Source of the DNA: a virus
Taxonomy: Duplodnaviria; Caudoviricetes
DNA: 61,834 nucleotides
IMG/VR virus record: IMGVR_UViG_3300025000_000104
Coordinates: 1 to 61,834 of that record
Direction: 5' to 3' (one strand)
Shown here: in pieces, positions 39,177-50,900 of the stretch
How positions within the stretch are numbered: the stretch's first letter is position 1
Layout: each line of letters begins with the position of its first letter
Position numbers and translations under genes: made by a program
The notes under the pieces: generated by a model
What the model was told of the DNA's origin: nothing
Seen by the model: the letters and a program-made list of their open reading frames with translations, nothing else
Databases searched by the model: none

Positions 39177-39879
39177 TTTAACATTGTTTAGAAAAGAAAG
39201 TTTTAATGGTGTTGAATGTGACTTCTGGAGTAATGAGAATGATGATGTATTTATGACCAGTGAGCAATTAGGCATGGTTTTAGGATATATAAATCCTAAA
39301 AAGGGAATAAGTAATTTAGTTGGGAGAAATGAATATCTAAAAGAAGCAGAGTTTTCTTCGTTCCTCGCTGTGAGGACTGAAGCAGGAGATCGTGAAACAA
39401 GAGTTTTTACAGAAGATGGAATTTATGAAGTCGCATTACTTGCAGGAACTGAAAAAGCTAAAGAATTTCGTTCATGGGTAAGGAGAATCCTTAAAGGACT
39501 TAGAACAGGAGAATTAGAATTATTAAGAAAACAAATTGAAGAAGACAGACCAAAAGTTCTACTATATGATCAAGCAATGTCATCTAAAACAAATAAGACT
39601 ATGATGATTGTTGCAAAGGAATTAAAGTTAAGTGGCAGGAATAAATTGTTTTGTTTTCTTCGCTCAGAAAGAATATTGATGTCAGGTAAAGGGAAACAAA
39701 ACATTCCTTATCAACAATTTTGTGAGTCTGGATATTTTGAAGTAGTGTTAAAATCCAAGATAATTGATGGAGAAGTTGTGAATTTCCCTGTGACTCTTGT
39801 GACAAGTAAGGGTATGGACTATATATTCAAGAGGTTAGAAAAGAGCAAAGAAAAAGGCTTGCTGAAACAAGCCAATTAA
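39169..39879 (+). CDS. BRO-N/ANT(KilAC)-type antirepressor
   Basis: MTSEQLGMVLGY...VFTEDGIYEV...AKEFRSWV; GRNKLFCFLR...PYQQF...GYFEV...TLVTSKG. Confidence 0.85.
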   Translation: MSDLTLFRKESFNGVECDFWSNENDDVFMTSEQLGMVLGYINPKKGISNLVGRNEYLKEAEFSSFLAVRTEAGDRETRVFTEDGIYEVALLAGTEKAKEFRSWVRRILKGLRTGELELLRKQIEEDRPKVLLYDQAMSSKTNKTMMIVAKELKLSGRNKLFCFLRSERILMSGKGKQNIPYQQFCESGYFEVVLKSKIIDGEVVNFPVTLVTSKGMDYIFKRLEKSKEKGLLKQAN

Positions 39880-40076
39880 GGGATATTTAAAGAATTCATG
39901 CAAGCAAATTATATCATAGACTAAGGAAAGAATCCACATGATTATTTTATTGTTTAAATTTATTATCTCCTTGATTATCTTAATATGTATACCCCATATC
40001 CTTTATTGGAAATAATGTTGATATATGGAAAGGAAGGTGATATGATATGTTTAAAAAGATAAAGGGAGGAAAGTCG

Positions 40077-40373
40077 ATGTATGCTATAGCTTTTGATCTG
40101 GATACTCAAATTTTAAGTGAAAACTATGATAAGCAACATTATAACAATGCATACAATGAGATTAAGCTTTATTTGTCAAGTAAAGGTTTTGATCGACAGC
40201 AAGGAAGTGTTTATTTTGGAAATGAATCTATTGATGCTGTCAAAACAGTTTTAGCTGTTCAAGGATTGGCAAGAAAGTATTCATGGTTTGCACCGTCTGT
40301 AAAAGATATTCAAATGTTGAGAATTGAAGAAAATGGTGACTTGTTACCAGCTATTTTAGGAGCTAATGATTAA
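40077..40373 (+). CDS. vapD: VapD (Cas2-fold) endoribonuclease
   Basis: MYAIAFDLD...AYNEI...GFDRQQGSVYFG...WF..SVKDIQMLRIEE; SD GGGAGG before ATG 40077. Confidence 0.88.
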   Translation: MYAIAFDLDTQILSENYDKQHYNNAYNEIKLYLSSKGFDRQQGSVYFGNESIDAVKTVLAVQGLARKYSWFAPSVKDIQMLRIEENGDLLPAILGAND

Positions 40374-40419
40374 GTAGAGAGATGAGAAGATTGGATAATA
40401 ATTTAATTTAGTAATCTGA

Positions 40420-40449
40420 AAAGAATCTGTAGAAATGCAGGTTCTTTTT
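40420..40449 (+). terminator. Intrinsic terminator
   Basis: AAAGAATCTGTA-GAAA-TGCAGGTTCTTTTT. Confidence 0.75.
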
Positions 40450-40482
40450 GTATTAGTTGGTTAATTTTAATATTGATAATTT

Positions 40483-40651
40483 TAGCAGACTTTGGACGCT
40501 TAGTTTGCTATTTTATATGGGAAGTGATTGCCTCCAACGTCACTTCTTTTGTTTTGGGAGGGTGGGAAACTGCTCTCTCTTTTTGTATTTGTTTTGTTGG
40601 AGGTTGATTAAGTGGTTAAAGATGATAAATAATAATTTAGAAAGTTGGAGG
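40483..40651 (+). ncRNA. Antisense-loop leader RNA G with terminator and two targets
   Basis: Hairpin 40483-40510; hairpin 40520-40547 with loop TGCCTCCAAC; terminator 40556-40584; GTTGGAGG at 40596-40603 and 40644-40651 (SD). Confidence 0.75.
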
Positions 40652-40659
40652 AATGTAAA

Positions 40660-43230
40660 ATGAGTAATAATGTTGAAACAAAGGTTTGTAAGGTTTGTGG
40701 TAATGAGAAGTCGGTTAGTGAGTTCGGTTCAAAAAGGAATATGGTTTGTAAAACATGTAAATGGATAGAAGATCATGAAGATTTAGATATGATTAACGAT
40801 TTATCCAAAGATGAAAATGTTATAATTCTAGATTATATTCTAAACAGTAGAATAAACTTTTTAAATGAATTTGAAACCATTTTACATAAACCATTAAATG
40901 ATATTCTTATTAATATCCAAAAATTAAATATAAGAAATTATAATTTGACAGTTAAAATAAATTGCAATGCCTGTGGCAAAGAAATTTCTTATAAACTTAC
41001 GTCTTATTTAAATAGAGACAATTATTTTTGTAGTAGGGAATGCCAAAATTATTTTCAAAGTTATTCTTATGGATGTAAAGATGGTTATCAGAAATGCGGA
41101 TTTTGTACTCAAGAAAAACCCTATGATGAATTCAGTAAAAATGGTAAAGACAAATATGCCACTGTTTGTAAAGTATGTGAGGCTATCAATAAAAGAAATA
41201 TAATTTATGACAATATTTTCACAGAACAAATAGTGCATATGATATTTGACAATATATTAAATAGCAAAATTGAATCACTTAATCAATTATCTTTATTAAT
41301 AAATATAGAATTAGATTTATTAATACCTTTTGTCAAAATTATTAATATTAGTAAGAAGCCAATTAAGTTGGAATTTAATTGTCCAGTTTGTAGCAAACAA
41401 GTTTTTAGGATTATTTCTTTAATGGAAAGTGCAAATGAGCATTATTGTAGCAAGGAATGTTTTGATATTGATCAATCAATGGAAATATTAATGGAGTGCA
41501 AATGGTGTGGAAAAGAGTTTAATAAAACTCCATTAAAAGATCAAGAGAATTATTTTTGTTGCCATGATTGTTCTACAAAATATCATGCCAAAAAGAGAAC
41601 AAAGGATTTAATAGTTGCTAATTGTGAATTTTGCGGAGAAGAATTTGAAAGAAAAGAATATAATACAGGTAAAATATATTGTTCAGATGAATGTAGGGCT
41701 AAAGGATTTAATTTAAAAATGAGTGGTAAAAACAATCCTAAATATGTAGAAAGATTGACTATTAAATGCGACTGGTGTAAAACAGAATTTGGAGAAACTG
41801 AGAATAGTTATAATCAGTCTACAAATCATTTTTGTAGCAAAGATTGTGCTCGTGCTTACCACGCCAATGTATTTTCTCAAACTCCTGAGTGGAAAGAGTT
41901 CATGAGAGTTGAGATGGTCAATAGATTATCAGATGGCATTATGTCACATACAGATACCAAACCGCAGTTAGCAGTAAATGATATATTGAAGGAATTAGAC
42001 GTAGAAAATGAAAATGAATATAATTGTAAATATTACGCTATTGATAATCATTTAACTGAGTCTAATCTTTTCATAGAAGTAATGGGGAGTTTTTGGCACA
42101 CAGATCATCGAATATTTGATAAAATAAATTATCTTTCTCAAGCAACGGGTATTAGTAAAGACAAAGCAAAGAAAACATATATTAAGAAATATTATCATAT
42201 AAATATGTTATATCTTTGGGAATATGATATAAATAATGATAGAGGACTGTGTAAGGAACTGATAACATTATATGTAAATAATAAAGGTGTGTTAGATAAT
42301 TATCATAGTTTTAATTATCATCTAAATAATGGAATTTTAACAATAAACAAGAATATTGAAATTCCATATATGGACTATGATATTGAAGATTTAAATAAGA
42401 TAATTGATCTGTCTGTTAGGGAGGCTAGAAGTACATATCAACCAGAAAAACATATTACATATAATTGTGAATATTGTGGCACAGAAACATCTTGCATGTT
42501 GACACAATATGATAGAGTAGGTCATCATTTTTGTTCAAACAAATGTAATACAGCTTATTATGGAGCAAAAAGATTGAAATCAAAACAACTGTGTAATGTT
42601 TGTGGTAATAATATACCTCATAAGAATGGTTTGTGCAAAGTTTGTACATATAAAAATACTCATGATATATTATATTCTGAAATATGGACAGAAGAAATAG
42701 GAGATATAATTTTAAATAATGTTTTATATAAAAGAATTGAGTATTTAAATGAATTGGAGGAGATATTAAATATACCATTAAAGGATATATGTGAATATAT
42801 AAAATTAATAGGTTATGCTTCAACATTGAGAACACAAAGAGTGTGTTTACAGTGCGGTGAAGAATTTACTTTGCCTATGAACAGAATTATAAGTGGCAAG
42901 GATAAATTTTGTTCTCCTGAATGCAGTCAATTATCCAAAAGAGATAGAATTAAATTAGATTGTGAATGTTGTGGAAAGGAAATAAGCAGAACACAAAGTC
43001 AATATGATAAATCAAAAAATCACTTCTGCTCTCATGAATGTTCTGACAAGTGGATGAAGGAAAATAGAGTTTCTACTAAGATTGACAAAGTATGTGAAAT
43101 TTGTGAAATAGATTATCAGGTAGTTCCATCTCAATCTGAGTCAGTAGTGTGTTCTAGAGAATGCCAAGGTAAGTGGCAATCGTTACATTTGGTTGGAGAA
43201 AATGCTAATGGGTATAAAGGTAATAAATAG
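40660..43230 (+). CDS. Large multi-zinc-finger endonuclease (central Vsr/PD-(D/E)xK-like domain)
   Basis: Many CxxCG...FCSxxC repeats flanking YAIDNHL...LFIEVMGSFWH...LYLWEYDI; start ATG 40660. Confidence 0.7.
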   Translation: MSNNVETKVCKVCGNEKSVSEFGSKRNMVCKTCKWIEDHEDLDMINDLSKDENVIILDYILNSRINFLNEFETILHKPLNDILINIQKLNIRNYNLTVKINCNACGKEISYKLTSYLNRDNYFCSRECQNYFQSYSYGCKDGYQKCGFCTQEKPYDEFSKNGKDKYATVCKVCEAINKRNIIYDNIFTEQIVHMIFDNILNSKIESLNQLSLLINIELDLLIPFVKIINISKKPIKLEFNCPVCSKQVFRIISLMESANEHYCSKECFDIDQSMEILMECKWCGKEFNKTPLKDQENYFCCHDCSTKYHAKKRTKDLIVANCEFCGEEFERKEYNTGKIYCSDECRAKGFNLKMSGKNNPKYVERLTIKCDWCKTEFGETENSYNQSTNHFCSKDCARAYHANVFSQTPEWKEFMRVEMVNRLSDGIMSHTDTKPQLAVNDILKELDVENENEYNCKYYAIDNHLTESNLFIEVMGSFWHTDHRIFDKINYLSQATGISKDKAKKTYIKKYYHINMLYLWEYDINNDRGLCKELITLYVNNKGVLDNYHSFNYHLNNGILTINKNIEIPYMDYDIEDLNKIIDLSVREARSTYQPEKHITYNCEYCGTETSCMLTQYDRVGHHFCSNKCNTAYYGAKRLKSKQLCNVCGNNIPHKNGLCKVCTYKNTHDILYSEIWTEEIGDIILNNVLYKRIEYLNELEEILNIPLKDICEYIKLIGYASTLRTQRVCLQCGEEFTLPMNRIISGKDKFCSPECSQLSKRDRIKLDCECCGKEISRTQSQYDKSKNHFCSHECSDKWMKENRVSTKIDKVCEICEIDYQVVPSQSESVVCSRECQGKWQSLHLVGENANGYKGNK

Positions 43231-43232
43231 TA

Positions 43233-43268
43233 AAAGTTAGGATTAGTTAATTAAGCTAATCCTAACTT
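43233..43268. terminator. Bidirectional terminator-like hairpin between convergent genes
   Basis: AAGTTAGGATTAG...CTAATCCTAACTT. Confidence 0.7.
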
Positions 43269-43279
43269 ACCATTTTGTA

Positions 43280-43774
43280 TTAACTTCTGGCGAACATATT
43301 TAAATACATTAAATGTGAAATATCCTCTAATGCAAACAAAGTATTTTGCTCAATTCCATTATCATCTATATAATTTAAAGTTAAAAAATGTACTAATTCA
43401 ATTGTTTGTTTATTTCCAATTCCACTGATTCCTCCAACTATTGCACCTAATGGCCCTGCAACCACAATGCCAACCAAGGATCTTTGAATTACACTCTTTT
43501 GCTTATCAGTTAGCATTTTTGAATTAGTAACAGTTTTATACTTAATTCTTTCTTTTGGGATTAAATATTTATTGTCTATTTTTACAGATATTTTATCACT
43601 TGATATTCTTACTATTTCGCCTTCTATTAAATTTGGCATCCCTTGTATATGTCTGAATTTTATAGGTGTAAGTTTTCCTTGTTTCGCATTTTTTAAAGCA
43701 GTTATTATCGCAATTAGGCTAACAATAAAAATTAAAATAAGTCCAATAAGAATTTTGTTCATAGAATAAAGCAC
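43280..43774 (-). CDS. Membrane-anchored hypothetical protein (moron-like)
   Basis: N-terminal transmembrane segment; GIVVAGPLGAIVGGISG glycine-zipper motif. Confidence 0.75.
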   Translation of the reverse strand: MLYSMNKILIGLILIFIVSLIAIITALKNAKQGKLTPIKFRHIQGMPNLIEGEIVRISSDKISVKIDNKYLIPKERIKYKTVTNSKMLTDKQKSVIQRSLVGIVVAGPLGAIVGGISGIGNKQTIELVHFLTLNYIDDNGIEQNTLFALEDISHLMYLNMFARS

Positions 43775-43842
43775 CTTCCTTCCTATGTATTAATATTACC
43801 CTATTTTGTAAAATATGTCTATAAAAAAAGGAGATTGATAAT

Positions 43843-44391
43843 ATGAAATTTAATGAATTAAAAGAACAAATCCAATTAGGTGTAAATGTATCTGAACTTA
43901 TTAACTTTGAATATGTTCCACTTATGTCTCAAAAAATAATAATAGACAATATAAAATCTATTTGCTTAAAGGAAGATAATAATGGTATTTTAAGCATAGA
44001 TTATGTTTTTAAAAATTTGTTCACATTGCTTTATGTTTCAGTAAATTTCACAAATATTGAATTTGAAGAATTATACGATGAAGAATATAATCTAAATTCT
44101 AATTTTGCATTTGAGATCTATGATTTATTTAAGGAATATAAAATAGATAAATTTATATTTAATCAAGATGACTGCAAAGATTTTGTTGAAATATTAGAAA
44201 ATGATATAACACAAGAAATTAATATTAAAAATAGTGTAAGTTCTGTTTTGTCGCAAGTATTAAATAGTATTGCTGGTAAACTTCCATCAGAAAATAGTGT
44301 AAATTCTTTGATTGGGGATCTTCCTGCATTATTAAATTCATTCAATCAACAAGTTAAAAAGAAAACTCCTTCCAAGAAGAATCAAGGTTAA
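43843..44391 (+). CDS. Hypothetical protein, possible tail assembly chaperone
   Basis: Position just before tape measure; SD AAGGAG. Confidence 0.55.
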   Translation: MKFNELKEQIQLGVNVSELINFEYVPLMSQKIIIDNIKSICLKEDNNGILSIDYVFKNLFTLLYVSVNFTNIEFEELYDEEYNLNSNFAFEIYDLFKEYKIDKFIFNQDDCKDFVEILENDITQEINIKNSVSSVLSQVLNSIAGKLPSENSVNSLIGDLPALLNSFNQQVKKKTPSKKNQG

Positions 44392-44394
44392 ATT

Positions 44395-44886
44395 ATGGCA
44401 AAAACATTTAATACTATTGAAGAATTGATGATATACTTACAAAATCAAATTCCCGTTAGTTTAGAAACGATCGGAGAAGAAGTTAAAAAAATATTAAGAG
44501 ATAATGTTCAGCAACTTTGGTACGACAGACCATTTACTCCAACTCACTATACTAGAAGTATGGAGTATATAAATTCAATTGTATGTTCAAAAGCTACAAA
44601 AATTTCAAATGGTCAATATAAGGTTGAGATATATTTTGCTACAGATTTGATTCAGCCTTATATAAGTCAAAATAGTGAATGGAATCAACATGCAAGTATT
44701 TATGGAGAAGATGTTTCTGCTCAAATTCCATATTATATTGAAGAGGGCAATAATTCTCCTTTATTTGAGTATCAAGGAGTACATCCTGTAAAAATAACAA
44801 AGGAGTGGATCGAAGATAATGATTATTTAAGAAAAAGAATGATTAAATTTTTAGGAAAATATGGATTTAATTGCTCAGTGATATAA
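44395..44886 (+). CDS. Tail/neck protein preceding tape measure
   Basis: WYD..FTPTHYTRS motif; synteny. Confidence 0.5.
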   Translation: MAKTFNTIEELMIYLQNQIPVSLETIGEEVKKILRDNVQQLWYDRPFTPTHYTRSMEYINSIVCSKATKISNGQYKVEIYFATDLIQPYISQNSEWNQHASIYGEDVSAQIPYYIEEGNNSPLFEYQGVHPVKITKEWIEDNDYLRKRMIKFLGKYGFNCSVI

Positions 44887-44954
44887 GTATTTATCCCCTA
44901 CTTTTAGTGGGGGTGTATTTTTTATACCCCAAATTAAAAGAGAGGTGATGTTAT

Positions 44955-47900
44955 ATGAGTGAAAATATAGGAATTAATTTACAAGCAGGATTGAATGTAT
45001 CTCAGTCAACAATTATTATAAAACAACAAGTACAAAAAGTTCAAGACCTTTTAAAACCATTGAATATAAAAATAAATAGCGATACTTTAGTAAAAGAATT
45101 CGACAAAGTTTCAACTAGTATTAAAGTTGCTACAGATGGAACTTCGAGAATACAAAAAAACATTATTAACATAGCAACTGAAGAAGGAAAATTAGTACAG
45201 ATAACCCAAGCATACAATAAAGAAATAAATGCTATGGCCGTTTCTGGGATTAAAATAGTTGATAACCTAAAAGCTCAAGCAAATGAGGCAAAAAAAGTTA
45301 CTGAAGCAGTAAAGAAATCTCAACAAACTATTTCTGATACAGCCAGAAAAATGAGTGTAGATGAAGAGAATAAAAGAATATCTACTGTTACAGAAGCGCA
45401 AAAAAGAATTGAGCAAAGAATACTAGGCAGTAATCAAACTATATCAGAACAGCAAAAACGAATGAATTCTGTGAATGCAAATAACTATGAGCAAGTTTGG
45501 TTAAAAGCATTTCAAAGAGTAGAAGCAGAAGAATTAAGATTAGCAAATATGATGGGTAGAATGAACGAGCAATCACAAGCGAGGGTTTCAAGTCAAAACA
45601 ATAGAAGTGATTTAGCTCAAAACACAGCAATTAATAATGCTTCTGACAGTGCTTATGTCCAAGCGCAAAGAGATGAACAATCAAGACTTAGGGCAAGACA
45701 AGAAGCAAGTGATACTGCTCGTAGAATGATGGCAGATGAAGAAAATCAAAGGGTAGCAACTACAACTAATGCTCAGAGAAGAATTGAACAAGCAATTTTA
45801 GGATCTAATGAAACCATTACTCAACAACAAGCAAGAATGAACTCATCTCAAGCAAATGGCTATAGATATGAGCAAATGTTTTTACAAGCAAGTAGAGAAC
45901 GAGGAGCATTAGATACTAGAAATGCTGAACTTGAATCTCAAAGACTCATTGCTTCTACTAGAAATTTACAAGCAGAAAGACAGCAAACGGCAGAATTACA
46001 AAGACAAGTTGCATTATATCAAGAACAAAATGCAATACAACTTAGGAATCTACAATCACAATATGGTAGTTTAGCTAGAACACCTGAAATACAGTCTCAA
46101 ATTTCTGCTATTCGTGGAACAGTTGGCGGTTTAAGCAGTTCTGTTTTAGATGCAAATGGTTTTAGAACTCAATCTGCCCAAATAAATACAGCTATAAGTG
46201 GAATTAGAGCAAGTTTAAATGAAGCAAGAACTGCATCTGATAATTTTGGAAACGACTTGGTAAAAAATGGAATTAAAATGCTTCAATGGGGAGTTATAGG
46301 AGGAATTCTGTTCGGAACCCTAAGGCAAATAAAGGAAGGATTTTCCTTTATAAATGACCTCGATAAAGCAATGACAAATATTTCCATGATAACAGGAGAA
46401 TCTAGAAACTCTATTGTCGAGATGACCAAGGCATATGCTGATTTAGCGACACAATTACATACCACTACTGGCGAAGCAATGAAATCTGCAGAAGAATTCT
46501 TAAGGGCTGGTCACAACCAAGAAGAAACTTTAAAATTAATTCAATCTGCTACTGTGATGGGTGCTATTGCTGGACAAGACTCAAAGTCAAGTGCAGATCA
46601 ATTAATTGCAATTACAAATGGTTTTAAAATGTCTGCTGATCAGGCTATAGATGTTGTTGATAAATTGACAACAGTCGACAATATGTCTGCTACTTCGACA
46701 AAAGAATTAGGAACTGCATTAGAACGAACTTCGGTTTCGGCACAGATGGCAGGAACCTCATTTTCAGAATTAGTTTCATATATTGGTACGGTTTCTAGCA
46801 TTTCCAGAAAAAGTGCGAGTTCTATTGGCGAAAGCTTTAAGACAATATTTTCCAGATTTCAAGATGTACGTGGTGGAAAGAATTTTGATGCAGAAAATCA
46901 AGATATCTCAAACGTAGAACGTGATTTTAAAAAATATGCTGATATATCTATAAGAGAAACATCTGGTGAGTTCAAGGATTTCTCAATTGTGATAAATGAG
47001 TTAAGTTCTAAGTGGAATACGCTTTCCGAAGTGGCCCAGAGTGCGGCTTCAAAAGCTCTGGCAGGAACGAGACAAAGAGAGAATTTCTTAATTCTTATGA
47101 ACAATATGGATACAGCATTAAAATTACAATCAGCTCAATTGGATTCAAGTGGTTCAAGTATGACTCGCTACGGAGAATTTGCAAAATCTACAGAAGCAAA
47201 GTTGAATGATCTAACAAATGCAGTTCAGAAAATTTGGCTTAATTTATTGTCATCTGAAGCTATAAATAGTGCAATTGAGGGAATGACTAAATTTGTTGGT
47301 GTTATTGATAACGCCACATCGATTTTTGGTGGATTTAATACTGCATTATATTTAGTGATTGCAACATTATCGATATTTAAAGGTCAAGCAATTGCTGGAG
47401 CTATTGCTGCTTTAGGTAAATTCGCATTAGCTAATGGGATTGCCGCAACAGCAACTAAAGGCTTTGCTGTTGCGTTAGAATTTTTAAATGCTAACCCAAT
47501 AATTCTAGCTCTTACTGCAGTTGCTGCAATAACTGCTGGACTTGTTCATTACGCTAACCAACAAGCTAAAGTAAAAGAACAATTAGAAGCAACGGTAGTA
47601 GCACAAGAAAGTTTTAATTCTATTCTTAAAGATTTCCAAAACACTCTTGATCCTAAAAAAATAGATGAACTATCTACCAGTCTTGAAAAATTAAAACAAA
47701 GTTCAAACTATGATGAAACAATTAAAAAAATTCAAACATTAAAAGATGAAATAGCAGGATTACAGGAATCTGAAGTTGAACAAGGAGCAGACTGGACAAA
47801 AACAATTGCAAGTAAAACCAAAGAAATAGAGACTTTAACCGCATCAATAAAACCATATACAGATGCACAGTCTAAATATAACGAACAACAAAAAATCGCT

Positions 47901-50900
47901 ACTGCATTGGATTATGAGTCTGTCCAAGCAGGAAATAAGAAAATTGCGTTAAAAATTCGTGAGAATGAGTCTAATAGACAATTAATTGATAGTTATCAAA
48001 AAGTTCATGATAAAATTGCACAAGGAAATGAATTAACTCAAGAAGAATCTAATTTAAATCAAAAGATGATTGATAAATATCCTGAATATACTAAAGTATT
48101 AAATGATAAAACTACAGCAGTTGGACTTGATATTGATGCTTTGAAATTAAATCAAACCGCAGAGGAAGCATTAGCAATAGTTTCATTTAATGCAATGAAA
48201 ACAAAAGCGGAGTCAAGTGCATTAGCCACAAAACAAATAATTGCAGATACAGAGGCAAGAATACGTGCAATCCAAGCAGAAATTGATGCCCTTCAGGGTA
48301 AAAATGAAGCAATGGGGTCTGCTAATGCAAATATACAATATCAAAAATTATTAGAACAAGGTTCTGCTCAGACTTTTATGGAGTTTAAAAATGGCACCAT
48401 ATTTAATGACACTATTACTCCAAAGTTAAAAATAGACTTAAGTAGTGCTTGGAAGCAATTACAAACGGCTAAACAAACTTTGGGTGCTTGGAATACATTA
48501 TCAAATATGAGTATTGATGATTTGAAAAAAGGTGTTTCAGATAGTAGTGGTAACAGTTTTGATCCTCCTAGTTCTGATAAAGACAAAGACAAAAAAGAAC
48601 TCTCAATAGAATCAATCACACAGGCTCTTCTTGATCAAATTGAAGCAGAACATCTTTTGACTAAAACTCAATCTGATAAGATATCTAAAGAATTGGAACA
48701 GGCCAAGTCTGCTAAAGATTACACTTTAATCCTTGAAAAACAAAATGAACTCATCTCAAATCAAGCGAAAGAACTGTCTCAACTCCAATCAGCAAGAGAC
48801 AAAATAAATTCCTTAAAAGATTCTGCTTTGTCATCTTCTAAATTTGGTGATATTAATCGTTGGTACACGGGGCAAGATAATAAAGAAAGCGTAACGTTTG
48901 TACAAGAGAAAAATGCTCAGTCTGAAGAAGTTCGCAAAGCGATGGATGAAGAATTTAAATCTTCGCAAATACTTAGAAATGGCTGGATGTCTGTCACTAA
49001 AGCCATTGAAGAAAATATTGAAAAATCCAGAGAATTCGCAAAGCAATCTCGCGAAGACCTAATAAAATCCCTAGAAGAACAATCATCCCTCCTATCCTCA
49101 AAAGAAACCACTTCTCTAGAATCCTCCTTTAAAAACCTAGACATCGAATCATGGATAAAGAAAAACGTCTCGACTACAAAAACATGGGCAGAGACAATAT
49201 CAGAACTTCAAGAAGAATTAGCAAAGCTAGGTAATCCAACAACATTAGAAGGTCAAAAAAAGTTTAATGAACTAATGGTTCAAAGTGCAAAACTTGCTGC
49301 TGATGCGAAAAAAGCTCAGGATGAGTATGCAAAATCTGTAGATAAAATGAGACAAGAAAAACTCTTCGAATCCACAGATGCAAATCTTCAAGCTATAATG
49401 GACGAAATTGACTCCATAGACCAACAGCAACAATTATCAAAAGGTGGAATATCATCTGCTGTACCTAAAATTGATATGGAAATCATCCCTCGCATAGATT
49501 ATAAATCTGTTGAAGAAGCAATAGAAGAGATTCCTAAACCAAATGAAGACCTCTACTCATATAAACCCCCTCTCTCCTTCGTTGAATTCATAAATAATGA
49601 ATTTACAAATGCTGTATCATTAGCAAATAATAATATATCTCAACTCAAATCAAAAATCACAGCATTAGGTGCAGTCACTCCTGAAAATAAAGATCAAATA
49701 CTATCATATTATCAACAAATCCAAAATCAAGTCCAAATATTAGCTGATGTTGCTAAAAATGCTCAAGATTCTCTTAAATTAAAATTAGATTCGGGAGAAA
49801 TATCCCAAGATGATTTTAATAATAAGATGCAAGCAATTCAAACAGCTTCAATTGAAGTTCTCGCAATCCCAAAAATAGAAATCACAGCAGAAGCAACTCA
49901 AGGGATTCAAACTTTACAAGATCAAATGAAAGATATTGTAGTTGATGCTGATACAAAATTAGCAGATGATAAATTATTGGCATTAATTAGTAAACAGTAT
50001 GAAACCATTATCACAATAAATGCTGATGATATTGCTGCGACACAATCCATATTAATGTTACAACAACCAACATCATCAATTCATACAATTTATGTTCAAA
50101 CTGTAGAGGGAGAAAAACCAGAAGGTTATGCCAAAGGAACAAAAAATCATCCTGGAGGATTGGCATATGTCGATGATGAATTAGGTGGAAAAAGAGAATT
50201 AATAGTTCTACCTAATGGAAGTATTATGTTGGGTGATAATTCTGGGCCAAAATTAGTTAATCTTCCAAAAGGCACAGAAGTAATTCCCAATGATGAAACT
50301 GAAAGAATATTAAAATCTAACAATGGTAAAATTCCTGCATATGCTGATGGTACTGGTTCTCATATCACTGATATTGATTTTCTCAATGATAGTTTAGAAG
50401 AATTTGCTCAATCAATTTCTGATGTTTCTAAAGAAATTGCTAAAACAACAAAGATTGTTGCAAAAGACAATACTGCTGTAGAAAAATCAGATAAAAAAAT
50501 TGCTGGATATGAAAAAACTCTATCAAAATATTTGAATGAAGATGGATCATATAAGGATAAATATGTTGGTTCAAGAAGTGCTGAAAGAGCTGTTGATAGA
50601 ACACAAAAAAATATTGATAAAGAAACAATTAAAAATGAGCAATTAGTAACAAAAGCAGAATCAGATCAAGCTATTCTTGATGGTCAGAAAGCTTCAAAAA
50701 CAGATTTTACTCAGAAACTTATAGCAACTCAAAAAGCATTAGCCAATTTAAATTCTGCACAATATATTGAACAAAAGATTGACCTTTATCAAGAAGCAAT
50801 AACTGTAGCATCTGCAAATATTGATGAGCTATATGATTCTATTGCTAAATATAAAAACGATGATGGAACATATGAAGATAATGAAACTACTAGAGAAGTT

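Noticed and set aside
40047-40449. CRISPR-Cas locus suggested by the Cas2-like fold
   Set aside because: No repeat-spacer array or other cas genes seen; the sequence fits VapD.
40457-40663. 68-aa ORF before the zinc-finger nuclease
   Set aside because: It runs through leader RNA G and its terminator, with no clear SD.
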